A stretch of 64,000 nt of DNA from the human T2T-CHM13v2.0 reference genome, Homo sapiens. Made by a program: the position numbers and the translations under genes. Below are positions 1 to 17,784 of this stretch, in pieces (positions within the stretch are counted from its first letter, which is position 1; each line of letters begins with the position of its first letter). Where the stretch lies: NCBI RefSeq assembly GCF_009914755.1, contig NC_060937.1. The stretch is one strand, 5' to 3'. The notes below the pieces were generated by a model that was given only the letters and a program-made list of their open reading frames with translations, did not search any database and was not told the DNA's origin.

Positions 1-500
1 CTAAAACCACAAGGTAATTACTGTTTTTAAAAATTGAAATGAATGTCAAGAGTTTCAGAATATATATTTGTTAATCTTTGTTTCATTTTTTTCAGTTAAC
101 AAGAATCTTCCAGAGTTTATTTTTATTCATTAACCTTAATTATTTCCGTAGTCATTTTCCCTCAGGTACTTTGGATAGAGAACAAGTGACTCTCTGGAGT
201 TGGGGGTGGGGTGGATGGAATTCTTGCCCCACCAGGAAAATCCTGGACATAGACAATGATTCTTTCAGTGGTAATAAATATCCACTCATGTTTAAACGGG
301 TTTCAAGACCAGCATTTCTTACTCACATATTTCTTGAATAAAGTATCTACTTGTAATCTCCCTCTTTTAACTTTTTAGCCCATTTCTGTGACTCCAAGAC
401 AATGAAATTACTTTTGTTCACTTCCATATGATATACCCAATCAGAAAAATTTTAGTTTTATCTTCTGTGACCTCTCAGCAGTGCTCTGAATTGTTGTTTT

Positions 501-765
501 TGTGGTAGAGAAAATACTGGTCCCCTAAAGATGTCCCCATTCTAACATATGGAACCTGTGAGTAGATAATGTTGCATAGCAAAAGGGAACTAAAGTTATA
601 GGTGTGATTAAGGCTAAAGACATTAAATTTGGGAGATGATCCTGAATTATCCAGGTGGACCCAACCTAACTCCATGAATCACTAACAGTGATCATGGCTG
701 TGGTTGGAGAGAGATGTGAGTATGGGAGGAAGACACAGATGCAACTCTGCTGGCTTTGAAGGTGC
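501..765 (+). mobile_element. MLT1 (MaLR) LTR fragment, MLT1D/E-like
   Basis: tgtggtag...cccctaaagatgtcccc...ggaacctgtgag...gggagatgatcctgaattatccaggtggaccc, typical MLT1 5' half. Confidence 0.7.
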
Positions 766-799
766 TGGTTTGTCCATATTTCTTAGGCCATTCTGCTTT

Positions 800-2291
800 T
801 CCATCTCCTCTAGTCGTGAGCTGACCTTTAGTCATGAGCTGCTCTGAGCTCTGTCTTTGACCTTTCTCTTTTCATGATAACTCTCCCAGGCAATCTCATC
901 CACTTTCATGATTTCTCAATTCTCTGTCATCCTTTACATCGTTGTAGAGTCTTAGAGCTACATGTCCAACTGCTTATTAGATTTCTCCACTTGGCTACAC
1001 CACAAGTACCTCCAGCTCAATAGGTCCCTTATTCAATTTGAAATCCTAAACCAGAGTTCCCTGTCATAACAAACAGGACCAGCTTCCAAACCGTGGAGCA
1101 AACTTGAAGTCTTAGAATCATGCTTGATACCTACTTCTCCCTCAACCCTCATAAGTAATCGTCACGTTCTCCAACATATTCTCAAAATATCTTTTGAGCT
1201 AATTCCATTCTCTCCATCTCCCTCTCTACACACACTCTTATCTGGCCTCCTCACTGGCCACCCTGCCTCCCACTCTTAGCCTTTCTGATACATTTGGCAC
1301 AAAGCATATGGAGAGACCCTTCATAATCACTGTCCTACCTTAACAGTGGCAAACCTGTAACATGGTCTGCAAGATACTGAAGGATCTGGCTCCTCCCACA
1401 CTTCAAACACCCCTTTGTACCCCCTTTCCCCCAAGTATCCCAGTGTCTGACCACGTTGGCCTTCTCCCAGCTCCTGCCTAATGCAGGGTCTTCTCCTCCA
1501 CTTGGAAGTCTCTCCTGTTTTCTTTGGTTAACCCCATTTTTGTAGCCTTCAGGCCCCAGCTTAACTATCATTTTCTCGGGGGAGCCACTCCAAGTGCCTT
1601 CCACTGGGCCAGGTTTCCCTGCTATAACTTCTCAAGGTACCCTCACTTTTTGTTTCTGGCACTTGAGACAAAGGCAATTCATGTTTGTGTGGTCATCTGT
1701 TCATTGGATGTCTTCCAAACTCAACTGTTCCTTAGTGTAATTTCCAATTCCATGAAGTCCCTGACACAGCGTCTATGATAGTTAAATTTATGTATCAACT
1801 TGACTAAAGTATGGTGCCTGGCTGTTTGGTTGAACACCAGTCTAGATGTTGCTGTGAAGGTATTTTACAGTTGTGATTAACACTTAAATTGATAGACTTT
1901 GAGTAAAGCATGTCACCCTCCATAATGTGAGTGGGACTCATCTTATTAATAGGAAAGATTTTGACTTCTCTGCAGGGAGAGGTCACTGGCCTACCACATC
2001 TTTGGCAGAGCCTTTGGCCTGCCACATCAGCTTCTGCTGAAATTTCCAGGCTGCCCTGAAGATTTTGGTCTTAACAGCCTACAAAATTACATGAGCCAAT
2101 TCCTTAAAGTAAATCTCTTTATATCTGTATCTGTATCTATAGACATATCTTTTGAGCTAAGCCAACATACATATATGTATATACACATACATATATATAA
2201 TATATTCTATTCTATATTCTCTCTGGAGAAACCTAATATATAGTAGATGTTTAATAATTATTTTCTGAATAAATGAATGAATGAATGAATG
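800..2291 (+). mobile_element. L2 3' region, split by an MLT2 LTR
   Basis: L2-like pyrimidine-rich body ends ...ccctgacacagc at ~1770 and resumes tagtagatgtttaataa...(tgaa)n at 2241-2291. Confidence 0.65.
1776..2240 (+). mobile_element. MLT2 (ERVL) solo LTR
   Basis: Starts gatagttaaatttatgtatcaacttgact...ccagtctagatgttgctgtgaaggta; ends tctctggagaaacctaata; internal TA-rich tract typical of MLT2. Confidence 0.8.
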
Positions 2292-5219
2292 TGTCTTTCT
2301 ACCATTATTTAAATCTATGGTGAATTATTTATTTGTAAACTACAGAAACTCTTTAATAAGTGGATCCTGTTGTTTTATGCACTTTTAAGTGTAATAATCC
2401 ACAAATTGGCACTGATTTTCAATGTTTTAAATTTCTGGCTTTAGTAGCTTCCATGTATCAAAATGAGTACTAGAATCCCTGGGAGCAGCTAATTGTTTTT
2501 TTAAAAGCCTTCAATTATCCTCCTAGCATATGTTTGCTTGTTTGTTTTTAATTCTTAACAAAACATTCTATTTACAAATAACATTTTGTAGGAGTTTGAG
2601 ATCTAAGAAAATGTGTTCTGAACTTGTTACTAAAATTGTTGATAATGGCCACAAACAATACCTCAGGACCTCAGAGTCCTGTGGTTTTAAGTTATTCACC
2701 ACTCCTAGCGGTGCAGAGCACTGAGCTGTATATCACAACACAAAGATGATCATCTCAGTTCGGTGATTAACCAACTTAATTACCTTGGGAGATTCACTTG
2801 AAACATTTGAGCTTCAGTTTCCTCATCTGAAAAATGAGAAACTTTCCAGCTGTTTAAAAAACAATTCCCAGAAGGACCTCATAACGCTTTCATATAAAAG
2901 AAAAGGGATATACTTAAGCAAAAGCATGTGCCCCATAATTCAACATATGCTTCACTGTGCATAGTTCTCCTCTCACCACAAGACTCACCAACGACAAAGG
3001 CAATAGCTTAAGACTTCATGTTAAGATTCCTCTCTTCGTTATTCACAATATCGTCTTTCTCTACAGATATGGAACTACCATCATGGCTTCTGGCACTGCA
3101 CTTAGTGTTGGCCTTCTGTAATCACTGTCATTAATGAATATGACTATGCTTATGATGACTTAGCCTCTTTTCAGAAAAATTTTCCTGTATTCGTAGGGGG
3201 GCACTTAATTGTATTTGAATGTCTGTTTATTAATTCATAATAATTATTTTTGACAAGCCTACTCTATGCCACACAGCATGCTAGGAATGGAGATGAATAA
3301 AAGGAATAAAATGGACTCAGGGACTTTACTGCTTAGTATGAGAGAGAATAAAAAAGGAATGACCACAGGAGAGTGTGATGAATGCTTTAAGAGCTATCTA
3401 TATGCTCCTGATGTTAACTGAAGTTCAAAGCGGAAACATCAACTATGACTACGGGTGGCAGATGGTGGGTACTGGGAAAACCTTGCAATAGGGTGTTGCT
3501 TGGAGTGACTATTATTAAAGGATGCACACGTACTAGTTCTAGGGATGGAATAAACAGCATAACATTCTGGAAAGTGAAAATGTCAGAGCCTGCATTTGCA
3601 TATGAGAGAGAGAGAGTGACAGAAAGAAAGAGAGAGAGAAAGAGAGAGACCTTTTCACCTTTTCTCTGGTGAGTGTAGCTGTTTAGTGAGATACAAGGAT
3701 TGTTAACAAGCAGTTGTTATCATACAAAAGCAATTTTTAAACTACACTGTTAGAGATTTATAGATTAGGGTAAAAGACAAGGATTCGTGCTACCCTAAAT
3801 GGATACTGTGACTGATGCAGCATGAGCTGATTATAAACTGTTCCTAGTAGGTGAGAAAGGACAAAAAAGGTCAAAAGATACTCACAAAATAAATTATTAC
3901 TAAATTTACTTGCTAGATTTTCAAAACATATACCTATGATAGGAATTTATACATAGCAATTTTGTTTACATTGTTATTACCTTTTTTTGTTAAAAAGCTA
4001 AAGACAAACAGGCTAAGGATTACTTCTTGGTATCGAAATTTGACCCATTTGTTGTAAAAGACATTTGCAGAGTCCAAGCTACAATACATTTCTGAAGTCG
4101 GCATTCCATAAGAAATTGTCAGTGATGTAAATAAATAAGTAGCCCAACAAATCCACATGCAACAGATAACACTATACAACTTGAGCATTTTGTTTTTGAT
4201 TGCATCTGTAAGGCTTCATTTTTATTTATATAGTATGTTCTAGAAATACATCAAAAATAGAGGAACACAATTCTAAATAAACCCATGGAGAAAATTACAC
4301 CCACACACAATCATACATAGACACAGACACAGACTCTTTTGCACTCAAGAGAATAATGAATATAGCCTTTGATACCTTACGTGGTGCTTGTCTTGCCTTT
4401 TGTGGCAGATATAAAAATTTAGCAAGACACATTATCTTGCTAAAAGCTGACCCCTAGATTGAGAGGTTTTCCTGGTCATTGCATGTACTTACAGAAAACT
4501 TAGTCTGGCTGTTACCGCCTTCCAGCTTCACTTCAGACAATCATCTGACTTCATTTTCACTCTTATTTAGCTTCCTCTGGTCAGGATTAATTATAAACTC
4601 CTATGAATTGGTCTAGCTAATTCTAATGCTGGATGCTTTGGAATACTAATCCCACCCTGGAAAGCAAGAGTCTTATTTGCAGAGATAAATTATTTATTGA
4701 TTTTGGAAAACTTTCAATGGCTCCGCCTGGACTTTTAGTGGAACTGCAAAACAAGATAAATATTCTGAAGCAGGAAATAATATTGACATCACACCTCTTT
4801 TAATAAACAAGTTAACCTGGCACATTTTTTCTAGGAAATAAGTTGTAAAACTGAGTATTTTAATATGATTTTCCCACTCCTTTCACCCATTCCTGAAAGG
4901 GTTGGTAGGCAAAGTTGTAAAGAATTGTAGCCATCATGCATAAAAATGGTAAAATTAAGTATTTTTTCAAATATTGTGACTATGAAATTTAAGTGACAAT
5001 GCAGTACATGATTTTATTTTAAAGGAATATTTTAAATAGTTATCTTGTTATATCTGAATAGCTTTTTAAAATAATATATGTTCCCCAAGTTGACTCCCTC
5101 AACTACTTTGCCAGTATGGATAAGGGACAGTGCACCTGACAGAAGCCAGAAGACTGCAGTTGGGTTAGGATAAGGCAATGAGAGGGCATGAACATATTCA
5201 AAATAATATCAGAAAAGTT

Positions 5220-5514
5220 GGTCGGGTGCAGTGGCTCACGCCTGCAATCCCAGCACTTTGGGAGGCCGAGGCGGGCGGATCACCTAAGGTCAGGAATTCG
5301 AGACCAGCCTGGCCAACACAGTAAAACCCATCTCTACTAAAAATACAAAAATTAGCCAGGTTTGGTAGCGTATGCCTGTAATCCCAGCTACTTGGGAGGC
5401 TGAGGCAGGAGAATCACTTGAACCCAGCGGGTAGAGGTTGCACTGAGCCAACATCATGCCACTGAACTACAGCCTGGGCAACAGAGTGAGATTCCACCTC
5501 AAAAAGAAAAGAAA
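5220..5514 (+). mobile_element. AluS, full length
   Basis: Dimeric Alu with A-rich tail; TSD agaaaagtt at 5211-5219 and 5515-5523. Confidence 0.95.
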
Positions 5515-6019
5515 AGAAAAGTTAAGCATCAGGACACAGAGGATGCACTGATCAGCTCCAAACTGAAATGTGAAACCGTTTGAGGTTATAAGGCAGTCCA
5601 CTGTCTTTGACTTTTAAAATCTGGGCCAAGAGATCCTCACGCAGCAACTTTTCTCCTTTTGCCTTAGGAACTGGAAACTACAGGGTGAGAATCTATATGT
5701 AAAGAGAGCCAGTTGACATAATGGAAAGGGGCCACCAGAATTTGGGGCCAAGCATAACAGAACTTCAGTTGGTAATTCAGCCAATTAACTTTGGCAAGGA
5801 GCAATTTGCTCATCTTTCTTGTGAAGATCAAATTTATGAAACTGTATTATAAATTAGAAATTGTGAATATAAATCACCTCTTACATACTTGGAGGTCAAA
5901 ATATATTTATGTTAATTGAATGTGGTTTGACTGAGTTGTATGGCTGGAGAGAGGCAATTTTTTTTCCACTCCAATAAGCTTTCATCCTTTCAAGGTGGCC
6001 AGACATACTAACGACTCCC

Positions 6020-6408
6020 TGATATAGTTTGGATATTTGTCCTTGCGCAAATCTCATCGAAGTATACTCCTCAGCGCTGGAGGTGGGGCCTGGTGGGAGG
6101 TGATTGGATCACAGGGGCAGAACCCTCATGAATGGCTTGAGCCAACTCCTAGGTGATCAATGAGCTCCTGCTCTGAGTTCACAGGGGATCTGGTCATTTA
6201 CAAGTGTAGGGCACCTCCCCTCCACTATCTCTCTCTCGTGTTCATTCTTGTCACGTGATGTGCCTGCTCCCCGTCTGCCTTCTGCCATGATTGTAAGCTT
6301 CCTGAGGCCTCATCAGAAGCTGAGCAGGTGCCTGGTGCCATGCTTCCTGTACAGCCTGGAGAACCATGAGCCAATTAAACCTTTCTTCTTTATAAAATAC
6401 CCAGTCTC
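6020..6408 (+). mobile_element. MSTB-like MaLR LTR, 5' part (completed at 11689-11733)
   Basis: tgatatagtttggatatttgtcc...gagccaattaaacctttcttctttataaaatacccagtctc; 5-bp TSD ctccc at 6015-6019 recurs at 11734-11738. Confidence 0.9.
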
Positions 6409-10365
<3,957 letters not shown>

Positions 10366-11182
10366 AAACAAGTGAATAAATGGATACAAAGCAGGAAAAA
10401 AAGTAGAAAATACTTATTTAACAGGATGGCATTTATTACCCAGAAAGTTCTGAAAAAAATTATTAGGAGATGCTTGCTCCCTAGGGTGCTAAAGACTACT
10501 TAAAATCAACATTACAAATTACAGAACATGAAAGATACGTGTATCTTGAGCTTCGCATAAAACTGATGTCTCTTTATGGTTAAATTTAGACTATAATGTA
10601 CTTTTGAGGGGGCAATATCACAGCAGTGATGCTGCGTCCTTCTGTGTGCATCAGCACATCATAAAAATTTGTCCTAGTGCAGTTAATGTTTATGATTCAC
10701 TTGGTTAAAGAGCTCTCTGACAGACTGTCGCACTACAGAGTTAATTATTTTTCTCTTAATTATTAGGTATCTTTATGCAGCTGATGTGCATAAACCATCA
10801 CATTTAATCTGGCAGCTGCCCTTCTTTCTTAGGTTTTCTTTGCATATATCTGTCTTTGGTAAATGAAAACTCTCATCTTTGTTTACAAGCCAGAAAAACT
10901 AGAAAAAGAAACACAGGCTCTTCCACTTACTGAATTTTTGACAAAATATTCTTCTTTGGCCAAAAACATTGACATTACTGGTGAGCTTGTTAAAAATTCA
11001 GAAACTGAGGCTTTCTTCCAGATCTTCTGAAAAAATAATCTACATTAACACGATCTCCAGTTTATTGTACACATTAAGATTTGAGAGGTACCTTTTAAGT
11101 CAATATTTCTTTTCCATCTGAAAAATATACAGAACTCATTCTGTATGATACAAATATAGGACCCAAAAATGTAATAAAAGAA
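10366..11182 (+). other. Putative L1 3'-transduced segment containing old L1MC-like (~10575-10770) and MER5-like (~10965-11090) fragments
   Basis: Lies between the L1 3' end and the right-hand TSD copy (11183-11199), inside a split LTR. Confidence 0.8.
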
Positions 11183-11201
11183 ATAAGATACCCAGTCTCA
11201 G

Positions 11202-11344
11202 TTTTTCTTTTTCTCTTTCTTTCTTTTTCTTTCTTTCTTTCTCTTTCTTTCTTTTCTTTCTCTTTCTCTTTTTCTTTCCTTTCTTTTTTCTTTCTTTCTC
11301 TCTTTTTTTCTTTCTTTCTTTCTCTTTCTTCCTCTCTTCCTCTC

Positions 11345-11388
<44 letters not shown>

Positions 11389-11688
11389 TCCTTCCTTCCT
11401 TCCTTCGATGGAGTTTCACTCTGTGACCCAGGCTAGAATGCAGTGGCATGATCTCGGCTCACTGCAACCTCCCTCACCTCCCGGCTCCAACGATTCTTGT
11501 GCCTCAGCCTCCCAAGTAGCTGGGATCACAGGTGCACAGTACCATTCCCAGCTATTTCTTGTATTTTCAGTAGAGATGGGGTTCCACCATATTGCCCAGG
11601 TTGGTCTTGAACTCCTAGTCTCAAGTCATCTGCCCGTCTTGACCTCTCAAAGTGCTGGGATTACAGGCATGAGCCACCGTGCCCTGCC
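11202..11688 (-). mobile_element. Alu (AluJ/early S-like) whose tail has expanded into a ~205-nt (CTTT)/(CT)/(CCTT) microsatellite
   Basis: Alu body 11407-11688; pyrimidine tract 11202-11406; degenerate TSD agtctcag-tttttcttt / agtttcaggtatttcttt. Confidence 0.92.
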
Positions 11689-11733
11689 AGTTTCAGGTAT
11701 TTCTTTATAGCAATGAAAGAATGGATTTACAAA
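11689..11733 (+). mobile_element. MST LTR 3' terminal piece
   Basis: agtttcaggtatttctttatagcaatgaaagaatggatttacaaa matches the MST terminus; followed by TSD ctccc. Confidence 0.85.
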
Positions 11734-13569
11734 CTCCCCAATGATGTGAACACGAAAAGTAAAGTCAGTGAGGGATTTTAAAAGTGCCAATGCCCCTGAC
11801 GACTCCAACCACACTCAACCACAAAGTACACCAGCCCAATTCAATCTCTAGAAATAAGAACATGTAAGAGTCACTAAATAAATAAAATTGAGATGGTTGT
11901 CCGTCCCAGAAAACAAAGACATACCTGCCTCTTTGCAGGAAAGACAGGAGGCTCTAATTACCTCTGGTGCTCCTTGGACATTTCTGGGGAAATAGTCTTA
12001 AGGGAAGAGGACAGGCATGCTACCCTTGGGCAGGGCAGTAAGCAGCTAGCTAGAAGACTAACATTTCTTTGAAGACTCAAGGTCTATTTTTTTAAAAAGC
12101 CATGTAATTTTGTGTTCTACTCTATAACATATCTTTTGGAGTTTAATTGCAAAACTAAAATTTTAAACGATTGATTTCTAACCTGGCCAATTCTGAGAAT
12201 CTCAGCCTTGCCTAAAAATACGAATCACAAATGTGGCTTGGAATCAGTATTTTTTACAACTTTTGCCAGGTGATTTTCTTTACCAAAGAGATTTCATCCT
12301 AAAAATTAATTTTCAAAATTTACTCTTGGTGCTGCTGTAGTTATGCATACTTATTATGGTTTCTATCATGGGGAAAACCAAGCTGGTTGGGTGGAACCTG
12401 AGATACAAAAGTGATAGTAAATATCGATTCTGTGGAGGCGGCTACAGTAAACACTATTTGTGAGGGACAGAATAGGTAGAGCTCCTCATTCCACACTCAC
12501 AGAGGATGTTCAGAAGTTCCAGTGCATGCCTTTAGAATTCAGTCTTAAAATAAGCAATCGTAATTAACCACTTACTCATGCGTCCCACTGAGAACTTGTC
12601 TTTTAAGAATAGGCTCCTTGTAACTAAAGGAAAACTAAATATTTTATTCAAACATTTTGGACACACATGTTGAAGGAAGGTTATCTCATACACTGAACAA
12701 GTTACAACTGAAAGCATAGAAAGCAGTGTGAGGGAGAAATGGGTCTAGTCTTGCTTCTGATACAAGCTGTTTCATCTCAGCCACTTTATTTAACTTTACT
12801 CAGCTTCAATTTCCTTGGCTGTAATATACAGTGTAAAAATGGAACATAACTTATCGGGTTGTTATAAGTATTAAGTGAGAAAATAACATACAGCAATTGT
12901 TCAATAAAAGTTATTTACCACTAAAAATAAGAATCTTATAACCTATAATATTACATTATCTTCTTTTTGGGAAGTAAACATATGATCAAAAGATGGATCA
13001 AAATAAGTTACATTTCTTTTAGACCCCCATTCAAACTGCATGGTTTTCTTTTGGTATACTGAAGACTCTCACAAACATTTTTGCTATTCTGGTAAAAATC
13101 ATGCTGGTATTAATTTTCATCTGAAAGTTCAATTTATTCTGAAATATATTCTTATATTTACTTTATTAATATTATTATCATATGAAAGGCTGGTTTCTGG
13201 CACCTCAGGTGGTTCACATCTTGGAGATCAATGTGCAGAACAATTTTAAAAGAGATATATAGATAGTACTAAAAATATATAATATATCACTAGTTTATAG
13301 ATTTAGATGAAGTCGAATCCCATGAAACATAACATATACATAGGGATAGAAACCAGACTTAATGAAAACTTTAATGTAGAAATTATACTACATATATTAT
13401 AAACAGTTTATACATATGGATGTGGATCTCTATATGTCTATAGGTTTATGAATGTAGAATTAAAATACAGAAGTTTCTCAAATGGTAAAACGTACATAGG
13501 CTTGGAAGTTAGACTTGAGTTAAAATCCTGGCTTTCTTACTTACCATCTGGACATATTATTTAACCTCC

Positions 13570-16050
13570 CAGAAATGAAAGGATGGCTTAACATATGGAA
13601 ATCAATAAACATGATACATTACATAAATAAACCAGGAACAAAAACCATGTTATTATTTCAATAGATGCAGAAAAAGCATTTGGTAAAATTCAACATGTCT
13701 TTATTATCAAAACACTAAAAAATTGAGTATAAAAGGGGTATACCTCAAAACAATAAAGACCATATTTGACAAACCCATGGCTAACATCATACCAAAGGCG
13801 GAAAAATTGAAAGCCTTTCTGCTAAGATCTGGAACAAGATCAGGACGCCCATTTTCATCAGATTTATTCAACATACTACTGGAAGTTCTAGCCAGAGCAA
13901 TCAGATAAGAGAAAGAAATAAACGACATCCAAATTGGGAAGGAAGAAATAAAATTATCCTCATTTGCAGACGACATGATCTTACACTTAGAAAATCCTAA
14001 AGACTCCACCAAAAACTGTTAGAAATGATAAGCAAACTCAGTAAATTGCAGGATACAAAACCAACATACAAAAATTAATAGCATTTATATACACCAACAG
14101 TGAACAATCTGAAAAATAAATCAAGAAAGCAATGCCATTTACAATATTTATTAAAAAATTAAAAATGCCTAGGAATAATTGTGACTAAAGAAGTGAAAGA
14201 TCTCTACAATGAAAACTATAACACTCTGATGAAAGAAATTGAAGTGGACACAAAAAATGGAAAGATATTCGATGCTCATGAATTGGAAGAATCAATATTG
14301 TTAAAATGTCAACACTACCCGAAGCAATCTACAGTTTCAATGCAATCTCTATCAAAATACCAATGACATTCTTCACAGGAATATAAAAAACTATCCTAAA
14401 ATTTATATTAAAACACAAAAGATTCTGAATAGCCAAAGCAATCTCGTGCAAAAAGAACAAAGCTGGAGGCATCACACTAACTGACTTCAAAATATGCTAC
14501 AAAGCTATAGCAACCAAACCAGCATGGTACTGGTAAAAAAACAGAAAATATCCCAATGGAATGGAATAGAAAACCCAGAAATAAATACATGCTTTTACAG
14601 CCAATTCATTCTTGACAAAGGTATCAAGAACATTAAGGAAAGGACAGTCTCTTCAACAAATGGTGCTGGGAAAAATGGATATCCATGTGCAGAAGAATAA
14701 AATTATGCTCCTACCTCTCATCATATAAAAATCAAATAATAAAGGATTAAAGACTTAAATCTAAGAACTGAATCTATGAAACTCCTAGAAGAAAACATTG
14801 GGTAAATGCTCCAGGACACTGGACTGGGCAAATTTTTGGGGGGACAAAATCTGAAAAGCACAGGCAACTAAAGCAAAAATAGATAAATGGAATTGCATTA
14901 AGCTCAAAACTTCGGCACAGCAAAGGAAACAATCAACAAATTGAAGTGACAGCCCACAGAATAAGGGAAAATGTCTGCAAATGATTCAACTGACAAAGGA
15001 TTAATAACCAGAATATATAAAGAACTCAAATAACTCAATGGGAAAAATCTAATAATCTGATTAAGAAATGGGCAAAAAATCTGAATAGACATTTCTCAAA
15101 AGAAGACATACAAATGGCAAGTAGGTATATAAAAATGGTTAACATCACTAATCATCAGGGAAATGCAAATAAAAGCTACAGTGAAATATCATGTCACCCC
15201 AAGTTAAAATGGCTTTTATAAAAAAGACAGTGAGTGCTGGTGAGAATGTAGAGAAACAGGAACACTCATACACTGTTGGTGGTAATGCAAATTCTGACAG
15301 CCACTGTGAAAAACAGTACGGACTGAAAAAAACTAAACATGGAACAACTCTATGATCCAGCAATTTCACTATTGGGTATATATCCAAAAGGGAGGAAATC
15401 TATATATTTAAGAGATAGCAGCACTCACATGTTGACTGCAGCACTATTCCAAATAGCCAAATACGGAATCAACCTAACTGCCCACCAATGGATAAATGGA
15501 TAAAGAAAATGTGATATGTATATATACACACACACAGTGTTAATACTATTCAGCCATAAAAATGAGTGAAATCCTGACGTTTGCAGCTGCATGGACAGAA
15601 CTGGAGGTCATTATGTTAAAAGAAATAAGCCAAGCACAGAAAGACAAATATCACATGATCTCACTCATATTTAGGCCTTAAGTAAGTGGATCTTATGAAG
15701 ATAGAAAGTAGATTGGTTGTTACCAGAGAAGGGGAAGGGTAAAGCCCAGGGTTGGATGAAGAAAGGTTGGTGAATGGGTACAAAAATACAGTCAGATAAA
15801 ATAAATAAGACCTAAGCATTTGATAAATCAGTAGGGTGACTATAGTAAACAGTAATTTATTACATATTTCAAAATAGCTAGTAGAGAATAATTCAAATGT
15901 TCCCAGTATTAAGAAAAATGTTTCAGGTGATGGATATGCCAATTGCCCTGATTTGATTATTATGCCTTACATCAATGTATCGAAATATCATATGTACTCC
16001 AAAAATACTTACATCTATTGTGTCAATAAACATATGTAAATAAATAAATA
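13570..16050 (+). mobile_element. 5'-truncated L1MA (L1MA3-5-like), ORF2 RT/C-terminus and 3'UTR
   Basis: ORFs 13723..13908, 14181..14366 and 14494..14700 are ORF2 remnants; L1MA-type 3'UTR (gtagggtgactatagt...ggtgatggatatgccaattgccctgatttg); preceded by a MIR piece at ~13500-13570. Confidence 0.92.
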
Positions 16051-16194
16051 CATAGGAATCAAGAAGACGTCATAGACCGTTGCATGAATTTGGGGCAATT
16101 ATGATTTTACATATTCTACAAAACTGTCTCTTGATAAAGTCCTTAGAAATTAAAAATTAATGCTCTAAATTCCAGTATGTTTCCATTTGTATTT

Positions 16195-16565
16195 CTTTTT
16201 CTTTTAACTTTTATTTTAGATTCAGGGATACATGTGCAGGTTTGTTATATAGGTAAACTGCGTGTCATGCGAGCGTGGCGTACAGATTGTTTCGCCACTC
16301 AGCTAATAAGCATAGCACCCGATAGGTAGTTTTTCAGTCCTCACCTTCCTCTCATCCTCCACCCTCAGGTAGGCTCCAGTGTCTGTTGTTGCCTTCTTTG
16401 TGTCTGTATGTACTCAGTGTTTAGCTCTCATTCATAAGTGAGAACAAGCGGTATTTGGTTTTCTCTTCCTGTGTTAGTTTGCTTAGGATAACGGCCTCCA
16501 GCTTCATTCATGTTGCTACAAAGGACATAGTCTCATTCTTTCTCATGGCTGCATAGCATTCCATG
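16195..16565 (-). mobile_element. L1PA13-16-like 3' end
   Basis: ttttattttagattcagggatacatgtgcaggtttgttatataggtaaactgcgtgtcatg... Confidence 0.85.
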
Positions 16566-16813
16566 AAAAAACCTCTTTATTTTGTCAACAAAATTTATAA
16601 GACAATACTTCACTTATTTGCCAAGTACCCTAAAGAATACGTGACAAATAAATTTTAATTTAGTTGATAAATTTTAATGTATTTATTTTAATAAATGTAA
16701 AATGTATTTGGACCAGCAAGAGCAAACTGCAAAAAAATCCAACTTTATATTATCTCTAATTCAACTCTTGGTGATATTTTATAAAATACCAAGTTCTATA
16801 AACTTCCCCTGGG

Positions 16814-16942
16814 CAAGGTGACCATAAAATGCATTGTCTACATTGAGATTCCTTAAAATCGAATAACAGGCTGTTAGTGATTACTTTGAAACAGTAGGGA
16901 TAAGCCAAGATTGTCCTGGGCATCTGTGATGTGTGATCACCC
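16814..16942. mobile_element. Short hAT-Blackjack-type MITE (MER81/MER94-like)
   Basis: Imperfect terminal inverted repeats aaggtgaccat ... gtgatcaccct. Confidence 0.45.
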
Positions 16943-17784
16943 TACCTCTGGGCTTAAAGCTAGTGGTCCAGCCATCGCGAATATGTTCCTGAGTTCCTGT
17001 TTGAATCCTGCTCTCTCTATATTAAACTTTCATATATTTAATGGTTACACTTACTTACCTTAAAGTTTTTCTAATTATCTCACTCTTGGAAATAAGATTT
17101 CATTATTTGATACCGAGCTATGAATATGTTTCCCTTCTTTTTCAGGAATGATAATAAGGTGTCAGGTAAGTCTTCATCTTTTCTATTTAACCTGCCAGCT
17201 CATTTTTAAACATTCCTGTTCCAGCTTCGGGGAGATTTCTGCCATCACAGTTGGTATTTCACAACACCTGTTTCTGCTACAAGCCATTGCTCTCCTCAAC
17301 TTTCTTTAGGAAATGAGCTGCTTTGCTTAGTCAAATCTCATTACTCTTTTCATAATTGCCTTAGGTCTCCATTCATTAACAGAGAAGAATCTAAAGCTTT
17401 ACTAGTACTGCTACTGAAGACATAACTAAGATTTCCTGCTATTGGGCCTTACAGGAACTAAGTTCCATTTAAAAGCAAAACTGTATATATTGTGTTGCTT
17501 CTTTATCTTGTTTGCCTCACATATTAAACACAATCAGTTCTGGAGGTCAACTATGAAACCCAAGATATGCAAGTTTCTGGTCTGAAATCTCTGTCATGAT
17601 TAGGCTATAATACATGCAAATCAATTAGGCAGAACTTGGAACAATTGTTAACAATTTCTCTTAATCGTTTCTCTTAAATGATTAAGAGAAATGAGGTCAC
17701 GGCAGTAGCTGGTAACACTGATTGCTGAAAACACAGCCATCATACCTTAGCTTAATATGTGACTCGGAGATGTGTATAATACAT

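Noticed and set aside
11198-11449. Lys/Arg/Glu-rich 83-aa ORF and other Alu-derived ORFs
   Set aside because: Translations of a microsatellite and of Alu sequence.
13487-16056. tacatagg on both sides of the L1MA as a possible TSD
   Set aside because: Only 8 bp, and a MIR fragment lies between the left copy and the L1; probably chance.
17146-17165. Plus-strand mini-exon pattern ttcccttctttttcag|20 nt|gtaagt
   Set aside because: Antisense to NALCN with no supportable + strand transcript; kept only as a reminder that such patterns arise by chance.
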